Source: Desulfosudaceae bacterium (lineage in GTDB: Bacteria; Desulfobacterota; Desulfobacteria; Desulfobacterales; Desulfosudaceae). Taken from it: a stretch of 64,000 nucleotides of DNA. The notes below the pieces were generated by a model, which made no database searches, was not told the DNA's origin, and was given only the letters and a program-made list of their open reading frames with translations. Shown here piece after piece: positions 29,520 through 40,220 of the stretch. The position numbers and the translations under genes are program-made. The stretch is from NCBI GenBank assembly GCA_963674745.2, contig CAXXDV010000001.1:1504001-1568000 (forward strand), read 5' to 3'. Position 1 is the first letter of the stretch, and every line of letters starts with the position of its first letter.

Positions 29520-29782
29520 GCCTGCGCTCCTGCCGGGGCGGTTTTCCGGAGAATAACCCGGACGGCGTCCCCGATGGTTTTGATGGCATCGGCGTCATCA
29601 TCATCGATTTCGATGTCAAAGCAGTCTTCCGCATTGATAATGATATCCACCAGGCGGGCCGAATTGACCTTGAGGTCCTTGATAATGTCTGTTTCCATAG
29701 ACGCTTGCGCCAGCGCGTTTTCGTCTGTAACAAATTCTTCGATAATACCGATCAGTTCATCGTAAATGGCTTGTTCGTTCAT
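29516..29782 (-). CDS. Acyl carrier protein
   Basis: Acidic 88-aa protein with DLKVNSARLVD serine motif; AGGAG RBS before 29782. Confidence 0.88.
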   Translation of the reverse strand: MNEQAIYDELIGIIEEFVTDENALAQASMETDIIKDLKVNSARLVDIIINAEDCFDIEIDDDDADAIKTIGDAVRVILRKTAPAGAQA

Positions 29783-31095
29783 TTTTGGTCTCCTTTGTGG
29801 TTGGTTTGGTAGTGTGATGCCTGTCCTTCCCATTTTTTTAGGATCAGGCAGCCGTTGACGTCTCCGAATCCGAAACTGGCCTTGGCCAGTACCTTTAAAT
29901 CCGGGCAGTCTTTGCGGGTTTGCACGATTTTATCCGAAAAAGGCATGATCTCCGGGTGAAGATCTTCGCAATTGATTGACGGGTGCAGAAACCCGTTGCG
30001 AAGCTGGATGACGGCCGCAACGGTTTCAATCGCGCCGGCGGCGCCCAGGCAGTGGCCGATCAGCGATTTGGTCGAGTTGATATACGGAAAGTCAGCAGGC
30101 CCCCGTTCCAGGGCGTTTGACCAGTTTTGAATTTCGTGGGGATCGGCAAAAGTGGCGGAAAGGTGCCCGTTGATGGCATCGATTTCATCGGGTGAGATGC
30201 CGGCATCAGAAATCGCCTGCCGGATGCAGCGCAGCACGCCGTCGGCATTGGGCGCCGTCATGGAACCGCCGCCCCTCTGCCCGCCGGAGTTGACATGACC
30301 GCCCAGAATCTCGGCGTAAATATCCGCGCCCCGCGCGCGAGCGGTTTCCAGTTCTTCTAAGACCAGGACACCGGCGCCCGAGCCCGGGACGAAACCGCAG
30401 GCGGAAGCGCTCATGGGCCGGGACCCGCGTTCCGGTGCGTCATTGTACTTTCTGGACAGTATCCGCATGGAATCAAATCCGCCCCATGTGTACGGTGACG
30501 GGGCTTCGGCGCCGCCCGCGACCATGCGCCTGGCCCGGCCGTCACGAATTCTGTACATGGCGTCGATAATGGCTTCAGAGCCGGTGTTGCAGGCGGATGA
30601 ATTCGAGGTTACCTGGTTTCCCAGCCCGAGTAATCCGCCGACCCTGGCGCTGATGCCGCTGCTCATCACCTGTTCGACCACCCGGCTGCCGATCCGGCGG
30701 ACCCGGCCCTCGTTGACCAGCGGAATGATCCGTTCGGCAATGGTGTCCATATCGCCGATGCCGCACCCCATGACCGCGCCCGTGTCCCAGTCGGTTTCGG
30801 TGTCGTTTTTGTCAACGGAAAATCCGGCGTTGGTCCAGGCCTCCAGCGCCGCCACCGAGGCGTACCCGATATTGTCGCTGGTGTCTTTTAGCTGTTTCTT
30901 CGGAATATGCTTTTCAAAAATCGTGTCAACGTCCCTGGGAATGCCCGCGATCCGGCAGCCGAAATTAAGATCGGCCAGCCGCGGCACAAACCGGATTCCC
31001 GAACGGCCGTTTGCCAGGGCATCTTCAAATTCGGTTGTATTATTGGCGTTGGGGCAGACAACGCCCATGCCGGTGATGACGACTCTGTGTTTCAT
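29779..31095 (-). CDS. fabF: Beta-ketoacyl-ACP synthase (FabF/FabB type)
   Basis: RVVITGMG; catalytic SSAC, NGH and KSLIGH; SFGFG. Confidence 0.9.
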   Translation of the reverse strand: MKHRVVITGMGVVCPNANNTTEFEDALANGRSGIRFVPRLADLNFGCRIAGIPRDVDTIFEKHIPKKQLKDTSDNIGYASVAALEAWTNAGFSVDKNDTETDWDTGAVMGCGIGDMDTIAERIIPLVNEGRVRRIGSRVVEQVMSSGISARVGGLLGLGNQVTSNSSACNTGSEAIIDAMYRIRDGRARRMVAGGAEAPSPYTWGGFDSMRILSRKYNDAPERGSRPMSASACGFVPGSGAGVLVLEELETARARGADIYAEILGGHVNSGGQRGGGSMTAPNADGVLRCIRQAISDAGISPDEIDAINGHLSATFADPHEIQNWSNALERGPADFPYINSTKSLIGHCLGAAGAIETVAAVIQLRNGFLHPSINCEDLHPEIMPFSDKIVQTRKDCPDLKVLAKASFGFGDVNGCLILKKWEGQASHYQTNHKGDQK

Positions 31096-31562
31096 CAGTG
31101 CTTTACCCCCGTTCCGGTCAGCACCCCATGACAGACGGTCAGGCCGTCTTCACGGACAATGCTGGTTTTTGATTTTATGTTTCCCCGGCGAAAATATAAT
31201 TTTTTCCCCTTGATGATCACCCGCTGGCCCGGTTTTACCGGATGAAGAAATTCCACCCGGTCAATAAACACGAAAAGCGGTGTCAGCGTGTTGAGCGGTT
31301 TTTCTTCGGGCAGGTCTATTAAAAGCTGGTAAATCCCCAGGGCGGTGACACCGGCCTGGGCCATTGTCTCGACCAGGATGACGCCCGGCGTTATCGGGTT
31401 CCCCGGAAAATGGCCTTTGTAAAAAAAGGCCTTTTCGTCAAACCGGTATGACGACGTAACCGATTGTTCGTCTATGCCGAGGATGTCGTCGATAAATCGA
31501 AAAGGGGCCTGCTGCGGGATCGCCTCAAGCACCCGGTCAATCATTTTCCGGTCAGCCGCCAT
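31095..31562 (-). CDS. fabZ: 3-hydroxyacyl-ACP dehydratase (FabZ family)
   Basis: PFRFID and GHFPGNPITPGVILVETMAQ motifs. Confidence 0.9.
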   Translation of the reverse strand: MAADRKMIDRVLEAIPQQAPFRFIDDILGIDEQSVTSSYRFDEKAFFYKGHFPGNPITPGVILVETMAQAGVTALGIYQLLIDLPEEKPLNTLTPLFVFIDRVEFLHPVKPGQRVIIKGKKLYFRRGNIKSKTSIVREDGLTVCHGVLTGTGVKH

Positions 31563-32310
31563 AGTTGCCTCCGTTTACATGAATGACCGTGCCGTTGATG
31601 TAGCTTCCCTGTGACGCCAGAAAGGCCACGACCTCGGCCACCTCTTCGGGAAGCCCCATTCTTTGCAGGGGGACATCCCTGATCATTCTGTTTTTGATGT
31701 CTTCGGGCAGGTCCCGGGTCATGTCCGTATCGATGAAGCCCGGCGCCACGGAATTGACCAGAATGTTCCGGCCGGAAAACTCTTTGGCCAGTGATTTGGT
31801 CATGGCATCAAGCGCGCCTTTTTCCATGGTATAGGCAACCTGGCCCGGGTTTCCCATATGACCGGTGATGCTGGAAATGTTGATGATTCTGCCCCCGGAC
31901 TGCCGGAGCATGAACAGCCGCAATATTTTTTTGGTCAGATACCAGGCGCCTCTCATGACGGACCGCTGGGTGTCGAACTCATCGATGGTCATGCCCAGGA
32001 TGGTGTTGTTGATGGTAATGCCGGCGTTGTTGACCAGCACATCCACCCGGCCGGTTGTTTGCTTGATCTGTTTGACCATGTGTTCGACGTCGTCGATGTC
32101 GGACATGTCGGCCTGCAGAATAAAACCGTTTCCATCCAGCTCCGATAACAGGGTCTGCGCTTTTTTTGCATCACCCCGGCAATTAATGCCGACCATAAAT
32201 CCCTTTTGGGCTAACGCTTTGCAGCAGGCGGCACCGATGCCTTTCGATCCGCCGGTGACGATGGCAACGGGTGTCCGGCCGGTGGTTTTTGAGCCGTCAT
32301 GTGGTTTCAT
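31552..32310 (-). CDS. fabG: 3-oxoacyl-ACP reductase
   Basis: TGGSKGIG, NNAG, YxxxK and PGFIDTDMT motifs. Confidence 0.88.
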   Translation of the reverse strand: MKPHDGSKTTGRTPVAIVTGGSKGIGAACCKALAQKGFMVGINCRGDAKKAQTLLSELDGNGFILQADMSDIDDVEHMVKQIKQTTGRVDVLVNNAGITINNTILGMTIDEFDTQRSVMRGAWYLTKKILRLFMLRQSGGRIINISSITGHMGNPGQVAYTMEKGALDAMTKSLAKEFSGRNILVNSVAPGFIDTDMTRDLPEDIKNRMIRDVPLQRMGLPEEVAEVVAFLASQGSYINGTVIHVNGGNYGG

Positions 32311-32357
32311 AGTGATACTGTCCTGGTAATGGCGTTAAACAAATGCGTCCCGGCCGG

Positions 32358-33296
32358 TCAGCTGATTTTCTCTCCGCCGTCAACACGGATAATCGTGCCG
32401 TTGATCCAGGCCGACTCCTCGGCGCAAAGCAGGCAGACGACATTGGCCACATCTTCGGGCACGGTCAGGCGGCCGAACGGGTTTCTCAGGCGGGCCCTGG
32501 CCGAGATGTGCCGGCTGCCCGGGATTGCCCGCAGGGCGGCCGTGTCCGTCACGCCGGCCTGAATGACATTGGAGCGGATCCCATAGGGCGCGAACTCGAC
32601 CGCCATGGACCGGGAGACGGCTTCTAGAACAGCCTTGGCCGCGGAAACCGCCGCGTACCCTCTCCAGGCAACACTGTTCCCTTCGCTGGTGAGGCTTAAG
32701 ACGCGGGCATCATCGGCAAACAGCCGCCGCCGGTGCAGGTCCTGGACCCACTCCACAATATTCGAGCCCATGGCATGTGTCGTCCCGGCAAAGTCATCGA
32801 TGCCCAGAAACAGCTGGTCGTTGTATTCAGGCGGGGCGGCCAGCGTGCAAAGGGCGTCGGCGCCATTGTCAAAAAGCGACTGTACGGCATTGCTGACGTC
32901 CTCCCCGGGTACGGATATCTTTTCGGCCAACTGCTCCGCGGCTGTTTTTGAATCCGTCGGCGCTTTGCAGGGCGCCAGTAGCTTCAAGTTCCCCAGGGCA
33001 ATGGAATGCAGCACCAGCCGGACTTTACCGGTCCAGCCGAGTGCTTTCTCAAGGCCGTCAAGCACCCCGGTTCTGCCCCGGGCGGAAATCGCATCGGTAT
33101 TGAACGTGACGACCTCGACCCCGTCAGAACGAAGCGCTTCAAACAAAGGGGTAATGCGGGACATGGCGCCTTTTCTGTCTCGGTGAACAATGCACAGGTT
33201 CATGCCGTGCCTGGCGAGCTTTTGGGCGCTGGCCAGGCCGAAACCGCTGGAACCGCCGATGATGACGGCCCAGTGTTGTGAATTAAATGTAAACAT
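32358..33296 (-). CDS. Enoyl-ACP reductase-like SDR (FabL/FabI type)
   Basis: GGSSGFG; Yx6K (YAAVSAAK) catalytic spacing. Confidence 0.75.
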   Translation of the reverse strand: MFTFNSQHWAVIIGGSSGFGLASAQKLARHGMNLCIVHRDRKGAMSRITPLFEALRSDGVEVVTFNTDAISARGRTGVLDGLEKALGWTGKVRLVLHSIALGNLKLLAPCKAPTDSKTAAEQLAEKISVPGEDVSNAVQSLFDNGADALCTLAAPPEYNDQLFLGIDDFAGTTHAMGSNIVEWVQDLHRRRLFADDARVLSLTSEGNSVAWRGYAAVSAAKAVLEAVSRSMAVEFAPYGIRSNVIQAGVTDTAALRAIPGSRHISARARLRNPFGRLTVPEDVANVVCLLCAEESAWINGTIIRVDGGEKIS

Positions 33297-33332
33297 AATG
33301 TTTTCCCGTTTCTGATGGCCCTGATTGGATTA

Positions 33333-34280
33333 TCATTGAACCCTTAAGGTGCGATCGGCCGCCGCCAGGGTCGTGATTGATTTGCATTCCACGTCAATAG
33401 ATCTGAAAAACTGTTTTAACGGTCGATGGGGACCGATTTCATAGATGATATCCGCCTGCTCGGAAAGCCGATCCATGTTTTGCCGCCATTGAACGGTGCC
33501 GCTGATCTGGGAGACAAGGTTGTCAATCACCGCCTTGACATCGTCCGGATGAAACCCGCCGGTATAGTTTGATGTCACCTGCTGCGCACTGGCGGAATCA
33601 ATGGCCCCCTGGGCCGATACCAGGACGGCCCTGAAGTCTTCCTCGATGTCGGCCATAAACCGGCTGTGAAAAGGAGCCGACACGTTCAAGGCAACAAAAC
33701 GGACGGATTGCGGATCTGTAACCGAGGCCGCGATAATCTGCCGGGCCTGATCCAGGGCGTCGAAACGGCCGCTGATAATCACCTGGCTGTTTGAATTGAT
33801 ATTGGCCACATCAACGGCAAGGTTCGCAATCGCCTGGCCGATATGTTCCGGCACCAGGTCTTCGCCGATCACGGCCAGCATGCCCCCGGTTTTTTCGGGA
33901 AAAGACTGTTGCATCAGCCGTCCCCTGTCCCGTACCGATGTCAAGGCTTGGGGAAACGGCATGGCGCCGGCCGCGGCCAGGGCCGCGTATTCACCGACGC
34001 TGTGCCCCCCGAAAATATCGGCCGCAAATCCGTATGCCTCCTGGAGACCCCGAAGCATGGCCATTTCTGTCGTAAAGATGCAGGGCTGGGCGTATTCGGT
34101 TAGATCAATCCGGTCGTTTTCACAAAAACACATATTGGCCACATCCCAGCCCAGCACATCGGACGCTTCTTCATAAACGTCACGGCTGGCGGGTATGTTG
34201 CTGAAAAAATCTTTACCCATTCCCGTTCGTTGTGTGCCCTGGCCGGGAAAAACCACGGCCGATTTTTTGCCGGATTGCAT
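33333..34280 (-). CDS. fabD: Malonyl-CoA:ACP transacylase
   Basis: FPGQG, GHSVGE and SAPFHS motifs. Confidence 0.93.
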   Translation of the reverse strand: MQSGKKSAVVFPGQGTQRTGMGKDFFSNIPASRDVYEEASDVLGWDVANMCFCENDRIDLTEYAQPCIFTTEMAMLRGLQEAYGFAADIFGGHSVGEYAALAAAGAMPFPQALTSVRDRGRLMQQSFPEKTGGMLAVIGEDLVPEHIGQAIANLAVDVANINSNSQVIISGRFDALDQARQIIAASVTDPQSVRFVALNVSAPFHSRFMADIEEDFRAVLVSAQGAIDSASAQQVTSNYTGGFHPDDVKAVIDNLVSQISGTVQWRQNMDRLSEQADIIYEIGPHRPLKQFFRSIDVECKSITTLAAADRTLRVQ

Positions 34281-34344
34281 AGCAGGCTCCTTTTCTCCGG
34301 TTAAACATGCAGGTACAGTTATTGCTTTTTGGGTTGTTTGTGAT

Positions 34345-34360
34345 TACAAAAGGCGTGCCA
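34345..34360 (-). promoter_or_regulatory. Sigma54 (-24/-12) promoter of the fab operon
   Basis: TGGCACGCCTTTTGTA, ~65 bp upstream of fabD; divergent activator gene adjacent. Confidence 0.75.
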
Positions 34361-34664
34361 GGTTCGGGGTTTTAGGCTAACTGTTTAAAATTGTTTGATA
34401 TTCAGGATTAAAAAAAGCGATTGAATTTTCTGCTGGAAAAACAATCATCATAAAATGTACATTGGCTGTGCACGGCATGCACTTTATCCCGAATACGTCA
34501 TGCGGTTTTCGACGGCATTGAACACGCAGCAAAGAACGGGGCTTTTTTATGGACCCGGGGTTACGGTAATGCGGTTATCGGGTGGCGCCTTGCAACGATG
34601 CATGTGTGATGGGGGGGGAATCAACTCGTGAGCTATCCGGACGACAAATCGATGGGGATCGACC

Positions 34665-36158
34665 ATGCCACAGGAAACGAAGATTCTGACAGATGAAGAG
34701 CGGGACTTTTTTTCGCTCATAAAAGACGCGACGCTGACCAACCCGTTCAGTGCCAGGCGGGACGAGCTTGACCGGGAAATTTCCGGTACAGCTCCCGCCG
34801 GCGGGCCTTCGCGGTATCTTGAAAAGGCGGTTGTCGCGGTGAAAGAACGGATCGGGGCTCTGGATAAAACCGGCCGCGGCAACATCAGTCTGTTTTCAGG
34901 AAAAGACAGGCAACTGGTCGAAAGACTGTTTGCCTTTGATTTTTTTTACAGCTTCAGAAAGCAGTTTGATCAGCTGATTCTGGATCAGATCGATGCCGGC
35001 GACAGGGTTATTAAATTGCCTTTCGCCAATGCCGCTAAAGCCACACTCCAGAAAAGAGGGTTTGACGAAGAAAGTATCAAAGGCATCATTGAAGAATCCT
35101 ATCAGTTCAGGCGGGCTTTCTTTTTCATTAACCGGAATCTGGTCGGCAAAAGCGCTGTAATGCAGAGACTCAGGGGGGATATATGGAACAATATTTTTAC
35201 CCACAATTTTGAATTATACAAAACGTATCTGCGGGATCGCATGGAGGACTTTTCCACCATCATTCTGGGGGAAACGGGTGCGGGTAAAGGGGCTGTGGCC
35301 GCCGCCATCGGTAATTCAGGCTACATACCGTTTGATATGCGGAAAAACCGTTTTACCGAAAGCTTTACCCGTTTTTTCATATCCATTAATCTGTCCCAGT
35401 TTCCCGAGTCTATTATCGAGTCCGAACTGTTCGGTCATAAAAAGGGGGCATTTACCGGCGCCATTGACGATTACAGCGGTATTTTTTCACAGTGCGGTCT
35501 TCATGGCTCTATTCTTCTTGATGAAATAGGTGAGATGTCATTGCCCATGCAGATAAAATTGTTGCAGGTCCTTCAGGAAAGAATCTATTACCCGGTCGGC
35601 AGCCGCAAAAAAGAACGGTTTTACGGAAGGGTCATTGCCGCCACCAACGGTTCCATTGATAAGCTCCGTCATGAGGGTGTTTTCAGAGACGACTTCTATT
35701 ATCGGTTATGTTCGGACGTGATTTACGTGCCGTCGCTGCGGGAGCGCCTGGAGCAGGACGCTGACGAACTCGATAATCTTATCACGGTTATTGTGAAGCG
35801 AACGGTGGGCCGAAACGCGCCTGAATTTGTCAAAATGGTTCAGGACGTGATCAACCATCAGCTGGGCCGGCATTACACCTGGCCCGGTAATGTCCGTGAG
35901 CTTGAGCAGTGCGTCCGCCGGGTCCTGCTGAAAAAAGATTACACCGGCGACAACAAGTTTTTATGTAACGACCTTAAAGCCGAACTGTCAGAAGGCCTGG
36001 AGAGCGGCACGATTCCTGCCAACCGGCTTATCGTGGGTTACTGTAAGCTTCTTTATGAACGATTCGGAACCTATGAAGAGGTGGCCAAAAGAACAAAGCT
36101 TGATCGACGGACGGTGACCAAGTATATTAAGGAATGGGACACGGAAAAGGATGATTGA
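34665..36158 (+). CDS. Sigma54-dependent enhancer-binding protein (no receiver domain)
   Basis: GETGAGK, ESELFGHKKGAFTGA, WPGNVREL and a C-terminal HTH. Confidence 0.93.
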   Translation: MPQETKILTDEERDFFSLIKDATLTNPFSARRDELDREISGTAPAGGPSRYLEKAVVAVKERIGALDKTGRGNISLFSGKDRQLVERLFAFDFFYSFRKQFDQLILDQIDAGDRVIKLPFANAAKATLQKRGFDEESIKGIIEESYQFRRAFFFINRNLVGKSAVMQRLRGDIWNNIFTHNFELYKTYLRDRMEDFSTIILGETGAGKGAVAAAIGNSGYIPFDMRKNRFTESFTRFFISINLSQFPESIIESELFGHKKGAFTGAIDDYSGIFSQCGLHGSILLDEIGEMSLPMQIKLLQVLQERIYYPVGSRKKERFYGRVIAATNGSIDKLRHEGVFRDDFYYRLCSDVIYVPSLRERLEQDADELDNLITVIVKRTVGRNAPEFVKMVQDVINHQLGRHYTWPGNVRELEQCVRRVLLKKDYTGDNKFLCNDLKAELSEGLESGTIPANRLIVGYCKLLYERFGTYEEVAKRTKLDRRTVTKYIKEWDTEKDD

Positions 36159-36279
36159 ACCGGAACCCCGAAAAAATGATGGTCCTTGTTGCCAATATTG
36201 CCAATAATAAGGCATTGTGTTATATTAAGAAATAAGACTGCCTGTCATAACAGCTTCATCATGATCAAAGAGGTATCCT

Positions 36280-37146
36280 ATGAGCGGATGGGAGGCCAGA
36301 AAGCTTCAACTGCCCAACCACAATTTCGAGACGGTCGCCATCAAATTCGATGACGGCCGAGCGGGCTTATGCTATCACGGCAGTGCGATCTGGAATGATC
36401 AGGGCGGCGGATGGGAAAGCTTTATTGCCGACGACTGGAACACGGTCTGGAAAGATGGCAAGTCCTGCCAGTTCAAAGATCTTCCACCGGATATGCGTAT
36501 CGCCTGTCCGGTCTGTGGCGCAAAGATCCATCCTGATGACATGGAATGCGGCCAGTGCGGCATTATTTTCGACAAGATGAAGGATGCGCCTGAAGAGCCC
36601 GAACAAAAGGAAGATCATACGGAAGAAAAAAAGGAGACGCGCCGTTCCAAGGCTGTGGATTTCAGTTTGGCCGGCGTGGTTTTGATCATTGCCGGTGTTC
36701 TTCTTTACAACGTGTTTAAACCCGATCCGCCTCAGTCCGCCCCGGCACGGCCGACAACGGCACAGGAACAGGCGGCCGGCAGCGATCAGGGGCAGCCGTC
36801 AGGTTCGGACGCGTATGATTACTCCCAGGCGGAACAGGATTATTCCGCAGATTATGACGAGTCTTCCGATACCGGGGGAGAAGACCTGGAACCAATCACG
36901 GTTGAAGAGATAGACTATTACAGTCACATTGATCTCGACAACACGGAAACCGCCCACCAGCAGTTGATGGAGGCAACGCAGGAACTCAACCAGGAGGCCC
37001 AACAGGTAAGAGCGGCCCTTGTGGCGGCCGGCACGCCTGAAGAAAAGCGTCAGGCAGCGCTGGACAAAATTCGATATGAGCAGAAATCAGTACAGTTGAG
37101 CCAGATGATAAAAGCGTTTAACGCCATGAACGCCGACGAGCAGTAG
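36280..37146 (+). CDS. Zinc-ribbon, single-TM hypothetical protein
   Basis: CPVC...CGQC, one TM, acidic C-terminus; GAGG RBS. Confidence 0.75.
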   Translation: MSGWEARKLQLPNHNFETVAIKFDDGRAGLCYHGSAIWNDQGGGWESFIADDWNTVWKDGKSCQFKDLPPDMRIACPVCGAKIHPDDMECGQCGIIFDKMKDAPEEPEQKEDHTEEKKETRRSKAVDFSLAGVVLIIAGVLLYNVFKPDPPQSAPARPTTAQEQAAGSDQGQPSGSDAYDYSQAEQDYSADYDESSDTGGEDLEPITVEEIDYYSHIDLDNTETAHQQLMEATQELNQEAQQVRAALVAAGTPEEKRQAALDKIRYEQKSVQLSQMIKAFNAMNADEQ

Positions 37147-37161
37147 GTCTTTTCCGACCGG

Positions 37162-39636
37162 CTACATGCCTTTTTTGAAAAACTGTTCATCCTTTATGAC
37201 CGCTCCCGGTTTGGGCGTATGTTCGGTGGGAACGGTACCTTCCTTGAAGCATTCAAAAAAGGTTTCCCTGGACTCGGCAATGGGCAACAGTCCGGTTTCA
37301 GCATCAATCTTGGAAAAAACCACCCCCTCCGGCACACTGAACGACTGGACCGGTTTGTTCTCCAGGATGCCCTGCATGAAGGCCAGCCAGATCGGGCTGG
37401 CGGCACTGGCCCCCGTTTCCGAGGCGCCCAGGGTTTTTTCTTTATCAAAGCCGACCCAGACGGCCGTTACGTAATCCGGCGTGTATCCCACAAACCAGGC
37501 GTCATTGAGGTTGTCGGTCGTGCCGGTTTTGCCTGCCACAGGCCTTTTAAGCGCCCGAACGCGCCGGCCGGTACCCTGCTCAACCACGCCCTGAAGAAGG
37601 TGGGTCATAATAAAGGCCGTATCTTTTTCAATTACGGGTACCGGATCCGGTGTGTTCTGTTCCAGAATCTGTCCCTCACGGTCGACTATTTTTGTTATAA
37701 AAACAGGCGTTACACGTTCACCCAGATTGGCGAACACGGAATAGGCGGTAATCAGTTCTATGGGCGACATGCCGGAAGAGCCAAGAGCGATGGACAGGTT
37801 GCGGCTCAACGGGGACGTGATGCCCAGTTTTTCGGCATAGGAAATCACATAATCCACGCCGATGTCCCGGAGAATTTTAATGGTCGGGATGTTGTGTGAC
37901 TTGATCAAGGCCTTGCGAAATAAGGTGGGGCCGAAAAATCGTTCCTCATAGTTGTGTGGTTTCCATGTGAAATCATGCGCCTTGTCTTCAAAGACAATGG
38001 CCGAGTCCACAATCATGCTGGCCGGTGTATAACCTTTGTCCAGAGCTGCGGCATAAATAATGGGTTTAAAGGCCGAACCCGGCTGACGTCTGGCTTGAAT
38101 GGCACGGTTGAACTGGCTTTTTGAATAATCCCGGCCGCCTACCATGGCTTGAACCAGCCCTGTTTTCACTTCCATGCAGACAAGGGCCGATTCCACGTCC
38201 GGTGTCTGTTCCAGGGAAATATCATATTCAATGACACTTTCTTCGACGAAAGGGGCCGTTTGGGCCGGTTCCTGGTCGTTGGGTTCGGCTTCACCGGGTT
38301 CCCCGCTGAGGGCTTCCGCTTCTATCGGCGCAATAACGTCTTCCGGGGGCGGCAGTATCCCGTTTATTTTGACCAGAATGACATTTCCCACAGCCAGTGC
38401 CTGTGAAGGCTTTGTAATCCGGGCATAGGGCCGGTACCAGGCCACTTCAGGGTTCGGTTTTCGTGCCCAGGTCATATCTGAAAGCGGTATGCGGCCGCGC
38501 CCCCCGGCAAATCGGACCAGAACAGTTTCTTCGGCATCGTTGACATCGACCACTACGCCTTTAACGATACTGTCGGTTACCGTTTCCGGTCCGCTTGAAA
38601 TTTCCTGGTCATCTAAAGCGGTCAGTCGGGCCAGGTAAGGTTCGATTTCCTGTATATTCAGATGCTCAAGGGGCCCCCGGTAGCCCTGGCGTTTGTCCAG
38701 TGCCCGCAAGCCTTCGTCTATTTTTTCCCGGGCGATTTCCTGCTTTTCGACATTTACCGCCGTGTATATCTTCAGCCCCTGGTTATAAAGCATATCCTGG
38801 CCGTATCGCTCCATGACATACTGCCGGGCATACTCTGAATACCATGGCGTTGTTTCCCGAAACCAGCTTTTGACCGGTTTAATGTCCAGCTGTGTGTTCC
38901 GTGCCGCTTCAGCTTCCCACTGCGTAACGTGCCCTCTGTCAACCATTTGATCTAAAACATATAACTGTCTCTTTCGGGCCCTGGCCGGGAAGCGGAAGGG
39001 GGAGTAGCGGCTGGGCGCCTGGGGCAATCCCGCCATCAGGGCGCATTCCGCCAGGTTCAGCCGGTCGACGGTTTTTCCGAAGTAATTCTGGGCCGCCGCC
39101 TGGACCCCGTATGCGCCGTGCCCCAGATATATCTGGTTAAGATACAGAAACAGGATATCTTCTTTTGAAAACCGCCGTTCAATGCGGTAGGAGAGAATCG
39201 CTTCCCTGATTTTTCGGGTATACGTCCTTTCCGAAGAAAGAAAGAACGATTTGGCCACCTGCTGGGTAATGGTGCTGCCGCCCTGAACGATTTCTCCAGC
39301 CGTCATGTTTTTGACAAAGGCGCGGACAACGCTGATGATATCGATTCCCGTGTGTTGAAAAAAACGGGCATCTTCGGCGTCGACAAAGGCGTAAATCAAC
39401 TGTTCGGGAATTTCCGGCAAAGGCAGAACGATTCGGCGGTACTTGTAAAATTCGGCTATTTTTTCTCCGTTGTCAGAAAAAACCGTGGTGATCACCGGCG
39501 GATGGTAGTCCCGGAGAGAAGAAATTTCAGGCAGGTCTTTGCTGATTTGATAATAAAAGGTACCGGCGGCGATCATCGCCAGGACAATGAGGATGGCCAG
39601 CAGTAAGCCCGACCATTTCACGAATTTTAAAAACAT
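37162..39636 (-). CDS. mrcA: Penicillin-binding protein 1A
   Basis: EDARF and GGSTITQQ (transglycosylase); SAFK, SHN and KTG (transpeptidase). Confidence 0.93.
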   Translation of the reverse strand: MFLKFVKWSGLLLAILIVLAMIAAGTFYYQISKDLPEISSLRDYHPPVITTVFSDNGEKIAEFYKYRRIVLPLPEIPEQLIYAFVDAEDARFFQHTGIDIISVVRAFVKNMTAGEIVQGGSTITQQVAKSFFLSSERTYTRKIREAILSYRIERRFSKEDILFLYLNQIYLGHGAYGVQAAAQNYFGKTVDRLNLAECALMAGLPQAPSRYSPFRFPARARKRQLYVLDQMVDRGHVTQWEAEAARNTQLDIKPVKSWFRETTPWYSEYARQYVMERYGQDMLYNQGLKIYTAVNVEKQEIAREKIDEGLRALDKRQGYRGPLEHLNIQEIEPYLARLTALDDQEISSGPETVTDSIVKGVVVDVNDAEETVLVRFAGGRGRIPLSDMTWARKPNPEVAWYRPYARITKPSQALAVGNVILVKINGILPPPEDVIAPIEAEALSGEPGEAEPNDQEPAQTAPFVEESVIEYDISLEQTPDVESALVCMEVKTGLVQAMVGGRDYSKSQFNRAIQARRQPGSAFKPIIYAAALDKGYTPASMIVDSAIVFEDKAHDFTWKPHNYEERFFGPTLFRKALIKSHNIPTIKILRDIGVDYVISYAEKLGITSPLSRNLSIALGSSGMSPIELITAYSVFANLGERVTPVFITKIVDREGQILEQNTPDPVPVIEKDTAFIMTHLLQGVVEQGTGRRVRALKRPVAGKTGTTDNLNDAWFVGYTPDYVTAVWVGFDKEKTLGASETGASAASPIWLAFMQGILENKPVQSFSVPEGVVFSKIDAETGLLPIAESRETFFECFKEGTVPTEHTPKPGAVIKDEQFFKKGM

Positions 39637-39672
39637 ATAAACTCCAAATGCTTGCCGTGCTGCAGGGGCAAA

Positions 39673-40083
39673 TCATCCGTCTTGGTTATGGTTGATCCTT
39701 TTATCCCGTCGCTTCTGCTCCAGGCACTCACGGAAGGACTTTTTGATAAATCGAGAAGGGAATTGCGGATGTGCCAGATAATCCCGGGTAGAAACCTGGA
39801 AATTCTCCAGCATCTGGTTAAAAAGAGTTTCTTTTTCCTGCTCATCAATAAAAAGCCGTTCTCTCTTCTGTTCAAAAGTGATTTGTCCGCCCAGGACCTG
39901 TTTGACGGATAACAGATCACCGGTTTTTTCATCTTCCAGAGCGTCGTCATCCGCTACCGGCACGAGAGCGCAGACCTTCAGTGTCACCACCCAGCGGTCT
40001 CCGATCTGCTTTCTGGAGGCGTCATAAAGGCGCAACGTTACACCGTTTTCAAGTGTTTCTTCTGTAATCAGGGTTTGTTCCAT
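39673..40083 (-). CDS. Conserved hypothetical protein
   Basis: 136-aa ORF co-oriented upstream of PBP1A. Confidence 0.7.
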   Translation of the reverse strand: MEQTLITEETLENGVTLRLYDASRKQIGDRWVVTLKVCALVPVADDDALEDEKTGDLLSVKQVLGGQITFEQKRERLFIDEQEKETLFNQMLENFQVSTRDYLAHPQFPSRFIKKSFRECLEQKRRDKRINHNQDG

Positions 40084-40220
40084 TTTTTATCCGGATGAGT
40101 ATAAACGTAAAACGTATTCAAATCAAAACATTTATTATTTGATGACCCGGTATAAGAAAGCCAGGTTTCTTCCGGACATTTTTAAATAACGAAAAATACC
40201 TCTATCGGTTACCAAATCAA

